From: Eledone cirrhosa | Taxonomy: Eukaryota | Direction: 5' to 3' | Assembly (NCBI GenBank): GCA_964016885.1 | Contig: OZ024740.1 | Location: 371,752,001-371,816,000, forward strand | Length of the DNA: 64,000 nucleotides | Shown: in pieces, positions 15,885 through 29,605 of the stretch | Layout of the letters: each line of letters starts with the position of its first letter | Position numbering within the stretch: position 1 is the first letter of the stretch | Made by a program: the position numbers and the translations under genes | The notes under the pieces: model-generated | Told to the model about the DNA's origin: nothing | The model's input: only the letters and a program-made list of their open reading frames with translations | The model's database searches: none

Positions 15885-16983
15885 TATGTTCTTCTGGTTT
15901 TATAATTTCACAATTTTTTACCAATAGAGAGAGTCGGTTTCTAACATAGCTACAAGACTCTCTCATTGGAATTTACACAACATAAACTAGGTAGATTATG
16001 TATGCATGTCTGCATGCATGCATGTACAGATATGGATGTTATTGTATGTGTGTATGTGTATGTTTGAGTTGTATGTGTGTATGTGTATATGCTTTGTATC
16101 TGTACATGTTATTATATGCAACATTTTTGGAATATTTTACATATTTTTACTGTTCCATTAATGGATTACACTTGTAATTTCCTAACTAGTTGTGTTCTTT
16201 CTGTTCCTGTGAAGCCTAGCTTCTCAAGATTTGTATGTACTGAGGCAGTTACTAACATACCCCAGTGCCCCAATAATCACAGGCATAAATCTGAAGGTGT
16301 AATCAGGGTGGAGTATCTGCAGATTTCTCATCAGTTCTGCATAAATATTTTCCTTTTCGCTAATCTTTGATATTATATTGGCATCTGCTGGGCAGCTAAC
16401 TTCCACTACTGTGCATGCTTTCTTCTCCATGTCCCATATCCTAATATCTGGTTTGTTATGCCTGCATTTTATTGGGGTTTTTACTGGAACATTCCACCAG
16501 TATTCGTTCATTGTCTTCCACATTGCTGTAGCTTTTAATGTGTTTATTATCGGGGCTATATTTTCTACGGATTGCATTGTACAGTGCTTTGGCCACTACA
16601 TCATGCCTCATAGGTAGATAGTACCGCGGTGACATCTTTGGACAGCTGCTGATGACATGGGTGACATCTTCGATGTTAATTCTGCAGAGTCTGCACTTGT
16701 TATCACATCTAGGTGTTTTGCCTGCATCCCTATCTCTTTTCTGAATCAGGTATTTCGTGTTAATTTCTTTTTCTTGGATTGTAAAAGCGTATCCTTCAAA
16801 GTGGGAGCCAATATAGCGGTTGTTGGTCCAAGATAGATTACTTTCCTTATCCACTCTGGAGCTTCCTGGCAACATATCCATGCATGATATTTTGCTGATA
16901 AGCATCCAGTTTTCATCCATGGATTCACTGCGATACTGCTGAACGACTTCCCTGAGTGTGAGCTTTTGATTATCACACAGGGA

Positions 16984-16985
<2 letters not shown>
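15885..16985 (-). pseudogene. 3' part of R4/Dong-type non-LTR element (copy A1: CCHC knuckle, restriction-like endonuclease, 3' UTR, (CATA)n tail)
   Basis: KCRLCRINIEDVTHVISSC, RHDVVA, HNKPDIRIWD, VVEVSCP, FMPVIIGALG. Confidence 0.8.
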
Positions 16986-17014
<29 letters not shown>

Positions 17015-17077
17015 TGTATGTATGTATGTATGTATGTATGTATGTATGTATGTATGTATGTATGTATGTATGTATGT

Positions 17078-19445
17078 TCTTCTGGTTTTATAATTTCACA
17101 AATTTTTTCCCAATAAACAGAGAGTCGGTTTCTAACATAGACACAAGACTCTCTCATTGGAATTTACACAACATCAACTAGGTAGATTATGTATGCATGC
17201 ATGTGTAGATATGGATGTTATTGTATGTGTGGATGTGTAAGTTTTGAGTTGTATGTGCGCATGTGTATATGCTTTGCATCTGTACATGTGTATATGCAGT
17301 TATTAGATGCAAAATCTTTGGAATGTTTTACATATTTTTACTGTTCCATTAATGGATTACACTTGTAATTTCCTAACTAGTTGTGTTCTTTCTGTTCCTG
17401 TGAAGCCTAGTTTCTCAAGATTTGTATTGAGGCAGTTACTAACATACCCCGGTGTCCCAATAACCTCAGGCATAAATCTGAAGGTGTAATCAGGATGGAG
17501 TATCTGCAGATTTCTCATCAGTTCTGCATAAATATTTTCCTTTTCGCTAAACTTTTATATTATATTGACATCTGCTGGGCAGCTAACTTCCACTACTGTG
17601 CATGCTTTCTTCTCCATGTCCCATATCCTAACATCTGGTCTGTTATGTCTGCATTTTATTGGGTTTTTACTGGAACATTCCACCAGTACTCTTTCATATT
17701 ATGTACATGGATGTCTTCCACATTGCTGTAGCTTTTAATGTGTTTATTATCGGGTCTATCTTTTTTACGAACTGCACTGTACAGTGTTTTGGCCACTACA
17801 TCATGCCTCATAGGTAGATAGTACCGCAATGACATCTTTGGACAGCTGCTGATGACATGGGTGATATCCTCGATGTTAGTTCTGCAGAGTCGTGCACTTG
17901 TTATCACATCTAGGTCTTTTGCCTGCATCCCTATCTCTTTTGCGAATCAGGTATTTCGTGTTAATCTCCTGTTCTTGGATTGCAAAAGCGTATCCTTCAA
18001 AGTGGGAACCAATATAGCGGTTGTTGGTCCAAGATAGACTACTTTCCTTATTTATATTACTCTCACTCTGGAGCTTCCTGGTAACATATCTATGCATGAT
18101 TTTTTTGCTGATAAGCATGCAGTTTTTCATCCATGGATTCACCTCGATACTGCTGAACGACTTCCCTGGGTGTGAGTTTTTGATTATCACACAGAGAATA
18201 TCTCTCGAGGAGTTCCTTCCCAACTCTCATGATCTTATCTGTTTCATGCAGATAGACTTGCTCAAGAAACGGGATCCTCCGCTTCGAGGTTCGTAGATGT
18301 TGTCGGAGAGATATGATGCGACATTAAAATGTTGTCTGGACTGATGTTAGGCCTCTGCTTCCTTGTTTACCTTTCAAGTAAAGGCGGTCTATGTCACTGT
18401 TGATGTGGAAGTTTCCGGTGTTGTTTAGTATTTTTCGAGTTCCAACATCAACTGCTCGGATTTCGTCTATCGTCCAATTGAGTATTCCAAACGTTGGTGT
18501 TAGGACAGGCACAGCAAACACATTGTGAGCCACTGTTTTGTTTTGCGCAGAGGGTTCCGATGACCAGATCTTTCTTAATCGGGTGTAGTATCCCTGGTTA
18601 CGCGTTCTTTATTACAGATACCATTATAGGATATGTTCTCATCTATCCCCAGGTATCTGTAGCAGTCCTCATCAGATATCGGTGAAACAGTTAGGCCATT
18701 GATGACAATGTTGCTAGATTGGGTTGTTGTTTTTCCCCGCTTTACAGTCATGTATGAGCATTTATCTTGGCCAAACTCCATTCCTATATCCTTTGAGAAC
18801 GTTGTAACCAGGTCAAGATTTTTCTTCATCACATCCATATTCTTGACAGAGTTTCAGATCGTCCACAAATAAATTATGAGTTAGCTTCGTATTTGTGTCC
18901 TCCTGTGAGCCAATGATGTATCCCTCACATTTCTTGAGCAGAAAGGACAAGGGGTTTAATGACAAGATGAATAATATCACAGAGAGACTATCCCCCTGAA
19001 ATATACCCCTGCAATATTTTATTTTATCAGTGAAAATAGAGTCCTCCCTCGCTGTCTGTAACCTTAGGATAGTAGCCCAAGAAGAAGACAGCCTCTCTAT
19101 GACTCTGACAATAATGTCTGGGACTTTAGCACGTTGGAGGGCCTCTATCATCCAAGAGTGGGGAACAGAATCAAAAGCTTTCCTGTAGTCCAGCCAGACA
19201 GTAGCCATATTCCTCCTAAGTTGTCGCACCTCCGACATCGCAGTTTTGTTGATTAGGAGTTGTTCAGCACATTCCCAATCCCCTTTCTTTCCAGCTGCTT
19301 GTTCATCTGTGATGATGTTATTATTTTCACACTGATCTTGGAGGAATAGGTTCAGGCAGGCTGTATACATCTTATACATTAGGTTCTGGCATGCAATGGG
19401 TCGGTAGCTTTTTGCGAAGTTGTTGACTGTTCTTGGGGAACAGTA
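17078..19445 (-). pseudogene. R4/Dong-type non-LTR element copy A2 (RT, CCHC, RLE), 5'-interrupted
   Basis: YRPIAC, WLDYRKAFDSVPH, GIFQGDSLS, HNLFVDDLKL, YRYLGI, THVISSC; its (CATA)n tail lies at 16986-17077. Confidence 0.85.
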
Positions 19446-19751
19446 TGTATGTTTCTCTTTCTCTTAAATTCGATTACATTTTTGACCGGCTACCTTCCTG
19501 GTGGCAATGTTATAAAAGAAAAGAAATTGTCATCCCTTGAGGTCCCTTAGTGCTCTCTTTTCTTGACTCCGTGGGAATGAAAGGCAAGGTTAACCTTGGC
19601 GGGATTTGAGCTCTATGCTGTAAAGCAATTATAATAATACTGAGCGGTAACATGAACGGCTTCAACTATACGAAGTCTTTCGAAAGTCAACAGTTGACAT
19701 AATCTTGTCAACAGTTGACATAATCGTGTAATCTTCTATCAGTAATGACGG

Positions 19752-19793
<42 letters not shown>

Positions 19794-19912
19794 TTACTTT
19801 CGGCCCTTGAAAAAATTGATTCCACTTCATTTACTCTCATCTCGGGAACAGTTTTGGATAGCGCTAGTTCGTAATTTAAATTCAAGAATTTTATATTCTT
19901 CGAATGAAAAGA

Positions 19913-19996
19913 ACCTTCTGACGAGAATCTTTCTTTGCAACGAAGGCCGTATGGTCTCCGTTTATTTTTGAGATTCGAAACCGATTCGGTAAAGGT
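19913..19996 (+). ncRNA. Type I hammerhead ribozyme in a ~280-bp island between two (TA)n tracts
   Basis: ACCTT-CTGACGA-GAATCT...AGATTC-GAAA-CCG att CGG-TA-AAGGT; all three stems pair. Confidence 0.88.
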
Positions 19997-20065
19997 AACT
20001 ATAGTAAGTAAAGTAAATTTTTTTTAAATTTATTTTGAAACTTTTTCATTATTTGCTAAACCTTG

Positions 20066-20114
<49 letters not shown>

Positions 20115-20375
20115 AATTGAGTAGCGTGTGTGTGTGTGTGTAAGTGAGTAGCGTGTGTGTGTGTGTGTAAGTGAGTAGCGTGTGTGTGTGTGTGTGTGTA
20201 AGTGAGTAGCGTGTGTGTGTGTAAGTGAGTAGCGTGTGTGTGTGTGTGTGTATAAGTGAGTAGCGTGTGTGTGTTTGTATGCATGAGTGTTGGTGTGTGC
20301 GCGCGTATGTATGTGTGTGCGCGTGTGTGTATGTCGTACGTATGAGTGTCAATAAGTGAGTTTTTTTTCTTTATG

Positions 20376-23300
20376 CGCGGGGACATACAAATAGTCGGAC
20401 TGGATACCCGATCGCGCAGTTAAACCATTGGTAGTGAAGAACCCCTAGCCCTTGTCAGGGCATTCTTCTAGGGGAAGGCATCTCAGGAAACTGGGTTAAC
20501 TCCGACATAAAACCTGCGTCTCAGTAGTTACCCAATTCAATGATGTTCCCAAACAATATAAAAGAGATAATTGGCAATAAGGATTCTGGAACAAAAGAAA
20601 TAATTGACAATAAGGGCAGGGGCCCCAGGTTATCACAGCCTGGGCCCACTCGTCATCGTGCCACTGTAATAGAGCCAAACAAGGCATTTAGTCTTGGCTG
20701 CTGGAACGTACGGACGCTGCTTGACAGGGATTTCTTGGAACGTCCTGAACGAAGGACCGCTCTTGTTGCAAAGGAGCTTCGACGTTACGATCTTGACATC
20801 GTAGCTTTATCTGAGACGAGGTTAGCTGGAGATGGTCATCTTATAGAATTTTGTGGAGAATATACATTCTTCTGGAAAGGAAGAAATTAAGGAACCAGAA
20901 GAGAGGCTGGAGTAGCATTTGCTGTTAAGACAGTTCTTGTGAATACATTAGAAGAATTCCCAGTAGGGATTAGTGAGCGTCTTATGTCCATGAGAATTCC
21001 GCTGGACAAAGGAAGAAATGCGACCCTGGTGAGTGTGTATCCTCCAACTATGAATTCTGTCGATGAAGAAAAAGTGTCCTTTTACCATGCCTTGAAAGGT
21101 GTTTTAAGAAATATCCCTCAGGCAGACAAAGTCATCGTGCTTGGTGACTTTAATGCTAGAGTGGGTAGGGATTTTAACACATGGAATGTAATCGGAAAGC
21201 ATAGGGTGGGAAAGTGTAACAACAATGGTATGCTCCTGCTGCAGATGTGTGAGGAGCTAGATCTGTGTGTTACCAACACCATGTTCCAACAAAAGAACAC
21301 ATTTAAGACTACATGGATGCATTCTGCATCTAAGGAATTGCATCTTTTGGATTACGTCCTAGTCAGACAGACGGGATGTGCAGTCTGTTCGTGCTCTTCG
21401 TGGAGCTGAGTGCTGGACGGACCACCGTTCGGTACGCACAAAAGTGAAACTAATCACTAACCGTAAAATCCGGGCTCCTGGTGTTGCCATGCCCAGAAGA
21501 TTCAATGCTGCTCGTCTTAGAGATAAAAATGTGAAGAGGACATTGCGAGAAGAGATGCAGGTTGCAGATCTTGGTGAGGATTGACCGACCCTTAAAAGTC
21601 GGTTTATGATGTAGGAAGGCGTGTTCTGGGATTGTTCCAGAGAAAACATCAAGACTGGTTTAATGAAAATGATGAACATATAGAAGACTTGTTGGCTGAT
21701 AAGAGGCGTGCTCTGTCACGCTACTTGACGGCAAAACCACAGGAGAGGAATACGTTGCATGAGGAACTCAGGGATGTAAAATCACGTGTTAGGCGGAGTC
21801 TTTCTCAGATGAAGGATCAGTGGTGGAGTGAGAAGGCTGATGAGATACAAACTGCGTCAGATTCCAATTACACAAAGCTGTTGTACAGTCTCTTGCGTGA
21901 GGTTTATGGACCGTCTTCTTCTCTGGTGACACCGCTCCGCAGCAAGGATGGCAAAGAACTTCTTCGTGACTCACAAGGAATTCTACGAAGGTGGCGAGAG
22001 CACTTTCATGAACTTTTGAATTAGCCGTCTGTCGTCAGTGAAGATTTCCTCAATCTCATTCCAGAAAGTCCTGTGAAAGTAGCTCTCACAGAACCTCCGA
22101 CGCTTGTGGAGGTTGCAGTGGCTATCTCGAAGCTGAACAGTGGAAGGTCTCCAGGGATGAATGGCATACATGCAGAGCTACTACAATATGGTGGTGAGAG
22201 ACTCCTGCAACATCTTCACTCTTTGTTTGGCAGGATATGGACTAATGAATCCGTACCTGAGGACTGGAGAGATGCAGTAATGGTGGTCTTGTACAAGGGA
22301 AAAGGTAACAGGAATGAATGTGGGAACTACAGAGGTATATCATTTCTGTCGTAGGGAAAGTTTTATGTAGGGTGCTTCTGGACCGTCTGCTGACACACAT
22401 TGCAGATTGTGTTCTTCCTGAAAGTCAATCTGGTTGTCGTGCTGGACGCGGCACTATTGATATGATCTTCTCAGCTAGACAGCTCCAGGAGAAGTGCATG
22501 GAACAAGGTTTGGATCTATATCAGGTTTTTGTCGATTTGACAAAAGCTTTCGATACTGTTAACCGAAATGCATTATGGAAGGTTCTCCAGAAACTTGGTT
22601 GCCCTGATAAGTTCCTTGCTTTAGTTAGGTCTTTCCATGACGACATGAAGGCTTGGGTTAAGGTCGGAGGTAACATGTCGGAGCCTATCTCAGTAAAAAA
22701 TGGACTGAAACAGGGGGATATTCCAGCACCGAGTCTGTTTGCCATATACTTTGCAATAGTTTTCTATATTGCATTCAGGAATTGCGAGCATGGTGTTTAC
22801 ATCCGATATCGAACCCCAGGCAGCATATTTAACATTAGGCGCTTTGCTGCAAAAGCAAAAGTATTTGCATCAATCATAAGAGACCTCTTGTATGCAGATG
22901 ATTGTGATCTTGTAGCACACACAGAGAGTGATATGCAGCACATTTTCAATGTATTTTCTGATGCTTGCACTGCCCTAGGATTGACTGTCAGTCTCAAAAA
23001 AACCGTCGTCATGTACCAACCTGCCCCTGGTAAGCAGTACAGTGAACCAAATATCTATGTGTATGGTAAACGACTTGGAGTAGTTGATCAGTTTGTCTAC
23101 CTGGGAGCACTGTCAATCGATACAGCAACCTTGATGATGAAATCCAGGAAAGCAAGTGATGCTTTTGGAAAGCTAGAACGGCGACTCTGGGGTCGGCGAG
23201 ACATATGCAAGAAGACAAAGGTAAAGGTGTACAAGTCATGTGTGCTCTCTTCTCTTCTTTATGCCTGCGAGACCTGGGTCACATATCGAAACCACCTTAA

Positions 23301-24068
23301 GCAATTGGAGCGTTTCCATAAGATGTGTCTTAGACGGATCCATGGCGTTCACTGGAGGGACCACATCAGTGATGTCGAGATTTTGGAAAGCTCTCTGTGT
23401 GACAGTATAGAAGCACTTGTGCTTAAGCAACGACTCCGTTGGAGTGGTCACCTTGCCGGGATGAAGGATTATAGAATACCAAAACAACTCTTTTATGGAA
23501 AGTTAGTTAAAGGAAAACGACCACCACATAAACCAAAAAAGAGGTATAAGGATTCCTTGAAAGCCTCTTTGAAAGATGCTAACATCTCTGCTGATACATG
23601 GGAAAATGTTGCTGCTGATCGTAATAAATGGAGAAAGACTGTATATGAGGGGAAAGTTGCCTTTGAGGCATCTCGAATCGCATACGAGAAAGTAAAGCGG
23701 GATGTGAGGAAGGGCATTGCTATTGCATTTCCAGACGGCGAAGGTCCTCCTATGGCGCTGACATGCAGCGTCTGTGCGAGACTCTGCCTAAGCAAAGCTG
23801 GACTCGAAAGTCATCTTCGCAGTCATAAAGTAAGATCAGTGGTTGACTACCAGGCTGCTGTTGGATATGCTACTCACCATGCTTGCCAAGCATGTGGTAG
23901 AGAATGTAAATCAGCAGGAGGGCTCAAACGACATGCAAAAGTACATGAACTCCAACCACAGCCGGCTATTCCCTGTGAATGCTTTGGTTGCCAACTCTGT
24001 GCAAGACATTTTAGATCATTGGCTGGGCTAAAAAGCCACATTCGATCGCAGCGCTGCTAATTGCTATC
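20376..24068 (+). mobile_element. Near full-length RTE-clade LINE (APE, RT, C-terminal C2H2 fingers) with several stops and frameshifts
   Basis: CWNVRTL, ERRTALVAKEL, LSETR, GDFNARVG, LLDYVL, TDHR, NYRGIS, FVDLTKAFD, GLKQGD, LLYADD, YLG; ORF 22318-24060. Confidence 0.92.
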
Positions 24069-24103
24069 GTGTGTGTGTGTGTGTGTAGATATGTTTATGT
24101 GTG

Positions 24104-24156
<53 letters not shown>

Positions 24157-24256
24157 ATTGTTGTTGTTGTTGTTGTCGTTATTATTATTGTTTTTATTAT
24201 TATTATTATTGTTATTATTACGGGTTTTCTTTTCTCGTGCAATGGCCATTCTGTAT

Positions 24257-25545
24257 GTTCTGGTTTTATACATTTTTACCAATAGAGTGAGAGAGTCGGT
24301 TTCTAATATAGATACAAGAGTCTCTCATTGGATTTTGTACAACATCCTTGTCTCCTTTGTGAATCAGGTATTTTTGTGTTGATTTTCAGATCTAGGATTG
24401 CAAAAGCATATCCTTCAAAGTGGGAGACAATATAGCGGTTGTTGGTCCAAGATATACTACTTTGTTTATCAATATTACTCTCACTCTGGAGCTTCCTGGC
24501 AACATATCCATGCATGATGTTTTGCTGATAAGCATACAGTTTTTCATTCACGGAATCGCTGCCGTATTTCCGGGCAATTTCCCTGGGTGTGAGTGTTTGA
24601 TTATCATGCAGGGAGTATCTTTCAAGGAGTTCCCTCCCAACTCTCAATAGATGGGCTTCTACGCTTGGAGGTTCGTAGATGTTGTCGGAGGGATATGATG
24701 CGACACTCAAATGTTGTCTAGACTGATGTTAGGCCTCTGTCTTCCTGCTTACGTTTCAAGTAGAGGCGGTCTATGTCACTATTGATGTGAAAGTTTCCGG
24801 TGTTGTGTAGAATGTTTGACTTTTAACATCAATTGCTCGGATTTCGTCTGTCGCCCAATCGAGTATTCCAAACGTTGGCGTTAGGACAAGCACAGCAAAC
24901 ACATTGTGGGCCATTGTTTTATTGTGCGCAGAGAGTTCCAATGACCATATTTTTCTTAATCAGGTGTAATATTCCCTGGTTACGCGTTCCTTATTACAAA
25001 TACCATTATAGGATATATTATCATCTATCTCCAAGTATCTGTAGCAGCCCTCGTCAGATATCGGTAAAATAGTTAGGTCATAAAAAATGTTACTAGATTA
25101 GGTTGTGCGTTTTCCCCGCTTTACAATCATATATGAACATTTATCTTGTCCAAACTCCATTCCTATATCCTTTGAAAACGTTGTAACCAGATCAAGATTT
25201 TTCTTGATCTCATTTATGTTCTTAGCATAGAATTTCACGTGGCTCTGATAATAATGTCTGGGACTTTAGCACGTTGGAGGGCCTCTATCATCCAAGACTG
25301 GGGAACAGAATAAAATGCTTTCCTGAGTTGTCGCACCTCTGACATCACAGTTTTGTTGATTTGGAGTTGTTCAGCACATCCCCAAATACCTTTCTTTCCA
25401 GCTGCTTGTTTATCTGTGATGATGACATTATTAATCTTGGAGAAATAGGTCCAGGCAGGCCGTATACATCTTATACATCAGGTTCTGGCATACAGTGGGT
25501 CGGTAGTTTTTTGCGAAGTTGGTGTCTTTGTTCTTGGGGAACAGT
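24257..25545 (-). pseudogene. R4-type element copy A3 with internal deletions
   Basis: Homologous to 17078-19445 (WTNNRYIVSHFEGYAFAI, FAKNYRPTVCQNLMYKMYT) with the same 3' UTR. Confidence 0.8.
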
Positions 25546-25560
25546 ATGTATGTATGTATG

Positions 25561-25985
25561 TTTCTCTTTCTCTTAATTTCGACTACATTTTTGACCGGCC
25601 ACCTTCCTGGTGGCAAGGTTATAAAAGAAAAGAAATTGTCATCCCTTGAGTCGTAAGAAAGTTTTGCAAATGTTGAAGGTGCCAGTTACCGCAGCCGTTT
25701 GTAGTCTATGAATTAGGGAGCGGTGCTCTTTGTCCACAAATCCAAGTTCAGTTATACTTTGGTCCAAGCCGTCTGGTATATAACCTGTAGCTCCAATAAT
25801 GATGGGTATGAAGCTGAAGGTGTATCTTGGATACTGGATCTGCAAACTTCTCATCAATGGTCCGTAGATGTCCAACTTCTCTTGTATTTTTGTTACAACG
25901 TTGACATCAAGTTGGCAGCTGATCTCTACAACAGAGCACGTTTTCAATGTGTGGTCCCAAACAACAATATCAGGCCGTATGTTTT
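25561..25985 (-). pseudogene. 3' end of a second R4-type family (B): RLE domain, 3' UTR and (CATA)n tail; the same UTR is at 19453-19540
   Basis: RPDIVVWD, VVEISC, FIPIIIGATG, TAAVTGTFNICKTFL in ORF 25639-26004. Confidence 0.8.
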
Positions 25986-26013
25986 TATGTATGTATGAAT
26001 GCATGTATGTTAT

Positions 26014-26545
26014 GTCAGGTCTCTCTCAAGTGCTACTGGTAACATGTAACCCAGTACAACCTGTCTCCTGGTCGGGTCGTCGGCGACTAAACTGGCAACC
26101 CCACCAAGCTTGCTTGGGGAGGTGGGCGATATTTGGACACCTTGCCTGATGAAATAAAAGACCCGGCAAAAGGCGGAGGAACTCAGCAGAGTCAACAGCC
26201 ATCCAAATAGTACTTTTCTTTTTACCTAGGAGTGAAAGGCCCTCAGTTGTTGTCACAACACCTTTCTAAACGAGGGAAACTGAAAAAAACCCTGCGGCTT
26301 CGGAAGCATCCGATGAATGTTAACTAGTTCTCCTTTTCGGGTAGGGTTTTCTAGGGTTTTCAATGCTCAAAAAGTGGGATTGGTCGAGTGAAAGGCCTTT
26401 CCCCACTTAAAACACCTTCAAAGCACAGGCATTGCTTGTTCAGGATTTATTACAGGTTCGTGTGGCTGGCGGTAGTCTAAAAGTGCACCAAACTTTATAA
26501 TCTGACAAGCAATTGCAACACTCTTAGCAGAATTTGCAGCCATCA
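26014..26545 (-). mobile_element. GC-richer non-coding repeat bounded by CATA repeats, possibly a non-autonomous partner of the R4-type elements
   Basis: Sharp compositional boundaries and (TATG)-like runs at both ends; no credible ORF. Confidence 0.4.
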
Positions 26546-26644
26546 TGTATGTATGTGTGTTAATGTATGTATGTGTGCGTATGTGTGTGTGTGGGTGCGT
26601 GAGTGAGTGTGTGTGCGCGCTTCCGTGTATGCGTGCGCGCGCGC

Positions 26645-26707
<63 letters not shown>

Positions 26708-28416
26708 AGTGTACGAATGAGATTTTATTTAATTAAAATATAATTTTCGGAATAAAAAACGAGCAATATGATAATATTTTTAATCTGTATCTCAAAAGAA
26801 TATATGAGTTGATGAACATTTTATGAAACGTAGAATAATTTATAATAATGTCTTTTCTACATTCCTTTTCTAGTTAGTAATGTTATTAACTTGCTTTTTC
26901 ATACCTTATAAAATATTTGATTCCCGCAAGGAATTGCATAACATCTTGCTTTGTTCATTTTACATATCTATGTATCTACTTTTCTTTGCCGTGTCTCATC
27001 ATTTCTATACAACCACTTATGTATCATTCACTGCTGTTTTTATTGTTATTTTTATTTCTTCGAAGAAGTTATTCAATTTCTCTTTTTAGAAATAGTTTTC
27101 ATCTAGGTAAGCCAACTAAATGTTTCCATCATGTTTCGTATCTTTCTCTAAATTTGATAGGATTCCATTCTTAATGAAATTGTGTGTTGTCTGTAAAGTG
27201 TAATATGCCTGGAACATATTATTTCTTATTATACCATTATATTGTTGTTTTTACTTTCGTTATACCGATGCTAGCAGCACAATTTACTTCTCTACGAAGG
27301 TTACTTATTTTCTACATCCTTTTGTCTTGTTAAATTATTGCCACAAACTACTACGTTCACCATAGAATTTCGGTTAAATAACTCTGCCTTTGTTGCAGCT
27401 CGCAACATTACATATTGTGATGGCGTCGAACTTATTTACACATGGAGTTCAAATCTCGAGGACTTTCCTCTTTCGTTAGTGGATAAAATAAGTACCAACA
27501 AATCAAATACTAAAATACCCAAAGAAGGTTGAGATGCCTCTTATATTTCTTTGATAACCGAACGTGAGGATACCTAAGAAATAGTAAGTACGAAATTAGA
27601 ACACGAAAGAATCCGCCTTGTAGCTAAGACACAGAACCAAACGGATCTTTTCGATTTTAACAAGTGCCACTTTCTAGAAAGTCTACATCAATTTCAATGT
27701 ACTTTAAAAAGCAATCCGCGGTCCTTATGCAAAAATAACTTTTATAGTGTAGGAAAAAACAATTATAATAGGGTTTTATCCAATCTGTAGATTAAATATA
27801 TATAAATAAAATGTTTATAAATGAAGAAGTTAATGAAATCACCACTGAACTTAACATAGTTGAATAGCTAGCCATATAAGCACCACATTACACTTAATAA
27901 CTACGAATTAAATGTACTTACTTAAATATATGTTAACCCAACAAAACCCGAATTAACAATAGTGAAGGAGGAAAACTAAAACCGATTCAGTTCTGCATAT
28001 TATATCATATATAGTGATTTGTTTTCTTGTTTCATAATTTCATAAATACGTAATTTACTCAATGCTATGTAAATGGGATCGATTCATTGTTTACATCTAG
28101 TGGTCGATAAATAAGGCTTAAAAATGACTTGTAAATCTCCAAGTCCGCTTTGGTGTAATGATAACGTGGCCTTCCGGCATGCACAGGTGAGTCTTATTAC
28201 TCCGGCGTTTCGCCTGTTTATCACAGGGTAATCAGACAAGAACTAACCTTTCAATAGCAGACAAAGTATAAATAAGGTAAACTTGAGGTATAAATATTTA
28301 CAGAACTTCAGACAATTCTAAGATGATCTAAGGCGACTGTCCAGCTACACGCGACAGAGAGATGTCACAGCGTGTTTAGGGCAGTGAACCAGTGGTGTCT
28401 GGAATGTATAGTCTTG

Positions 28417-28499
28417 CACGCGCTGATGAGCCATAGGCTATTCCATTTCAGTCAACTACCTCCTGGCGAAACAGATCTCTTTGGATTTGTACGCGCGTG
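28417..28499 (+). ncRNA. Type I hammerhead ribozyme with full stem III
   Basis: CGCG-CTGATGA-GCCA...TGGC-GAAA-CAGATC tctttg GATTTG-TA-CGCG; about 220 bp upstream of a (TA)n tract. Confidence 0.88.
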
Positions 28500-28716
28500 T
28501 TATATAGTTATAGAGGTGCGTGTATACATTTTAATTTATATTTTTAATTATTGTGTGTCTACCCTGTCATCCATAGAGTATAGATTCCATACACTGGTGG
28601 TTTTCCCTGTTTTATTGATGGCACACTCTTTCTCTAGTGTGTTACCTTTTCAACATATTTCCTTTGAGCACATTATTGACAGGGAATAACGAGAGTCTAT
28701 GGCTCCGTTAACTTAT

Positions 28717-28812
<96 letters not shown>

Positions 28813-29107
28813 TATAAAGTAAAGTATGTCCATAGAATCATTTGATAATATATATACATCATTTCCTCTCCCAATTAGCATAATTAACCACACAAAAAAA
28901 CAATTAGACCAGGCTATAAGATTAAAAGGCACCTATGAAGAAACAGTAAATAAATAAACGATAGCAGCCTCTTCGCGGCCAACCGCCATAGAATATTTAC
29001 CCAACATTTCAACTGCACGTGGAAATTAATTAAATATACGGTCAACCATACATAATTAGGTATAAAATTAAAGTTAGAAATGCTTATATACATACCAGGA
29101 TTACGTA

Positions 29108-29180
29108 CCGACCCTTGGGTTTCGTTCTAATTTTGAGATATCCTATTAAGTATAAATCTCGAGTTTCGAACTCTTCAGGG
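29108..29180 (-). ncRNA. Type I hammerhead ribozyme with extended stem II, in a (TA)n-flanked island (28811-29445)
   Basis: Sense: CC-CTGAAGA-GTTC...GAGAT...ATCTC...GAAC-GAAA-CCC aa GGG-TC-GG; stem I is short. Confidence 0.75.
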
Positions 29181-29443
29181 GACAAACTCGCTAGGACAGA
29201 TTATTTTCTGAAGTGACCCCTTGCCAAATACGAATTCAAAATGGCTAAGAACTGTGACGTGACAGTGGTCAAGTCAGAAAGAGTGTGATTGGTTGCTTAC
29301 GGCGAGTGGATTGGTTGCTAGAAAGCGCAGCCCAATATTGCCCAAATTGCATCTCAACCTTATGGGAGATTATTAAATATAAATATTTACATATACACCA
29401 CATCATGAATGGTTGCCAAAGCACATATATATTGGTGTATATG

Positions 29444-29605
<162 letters not shown>

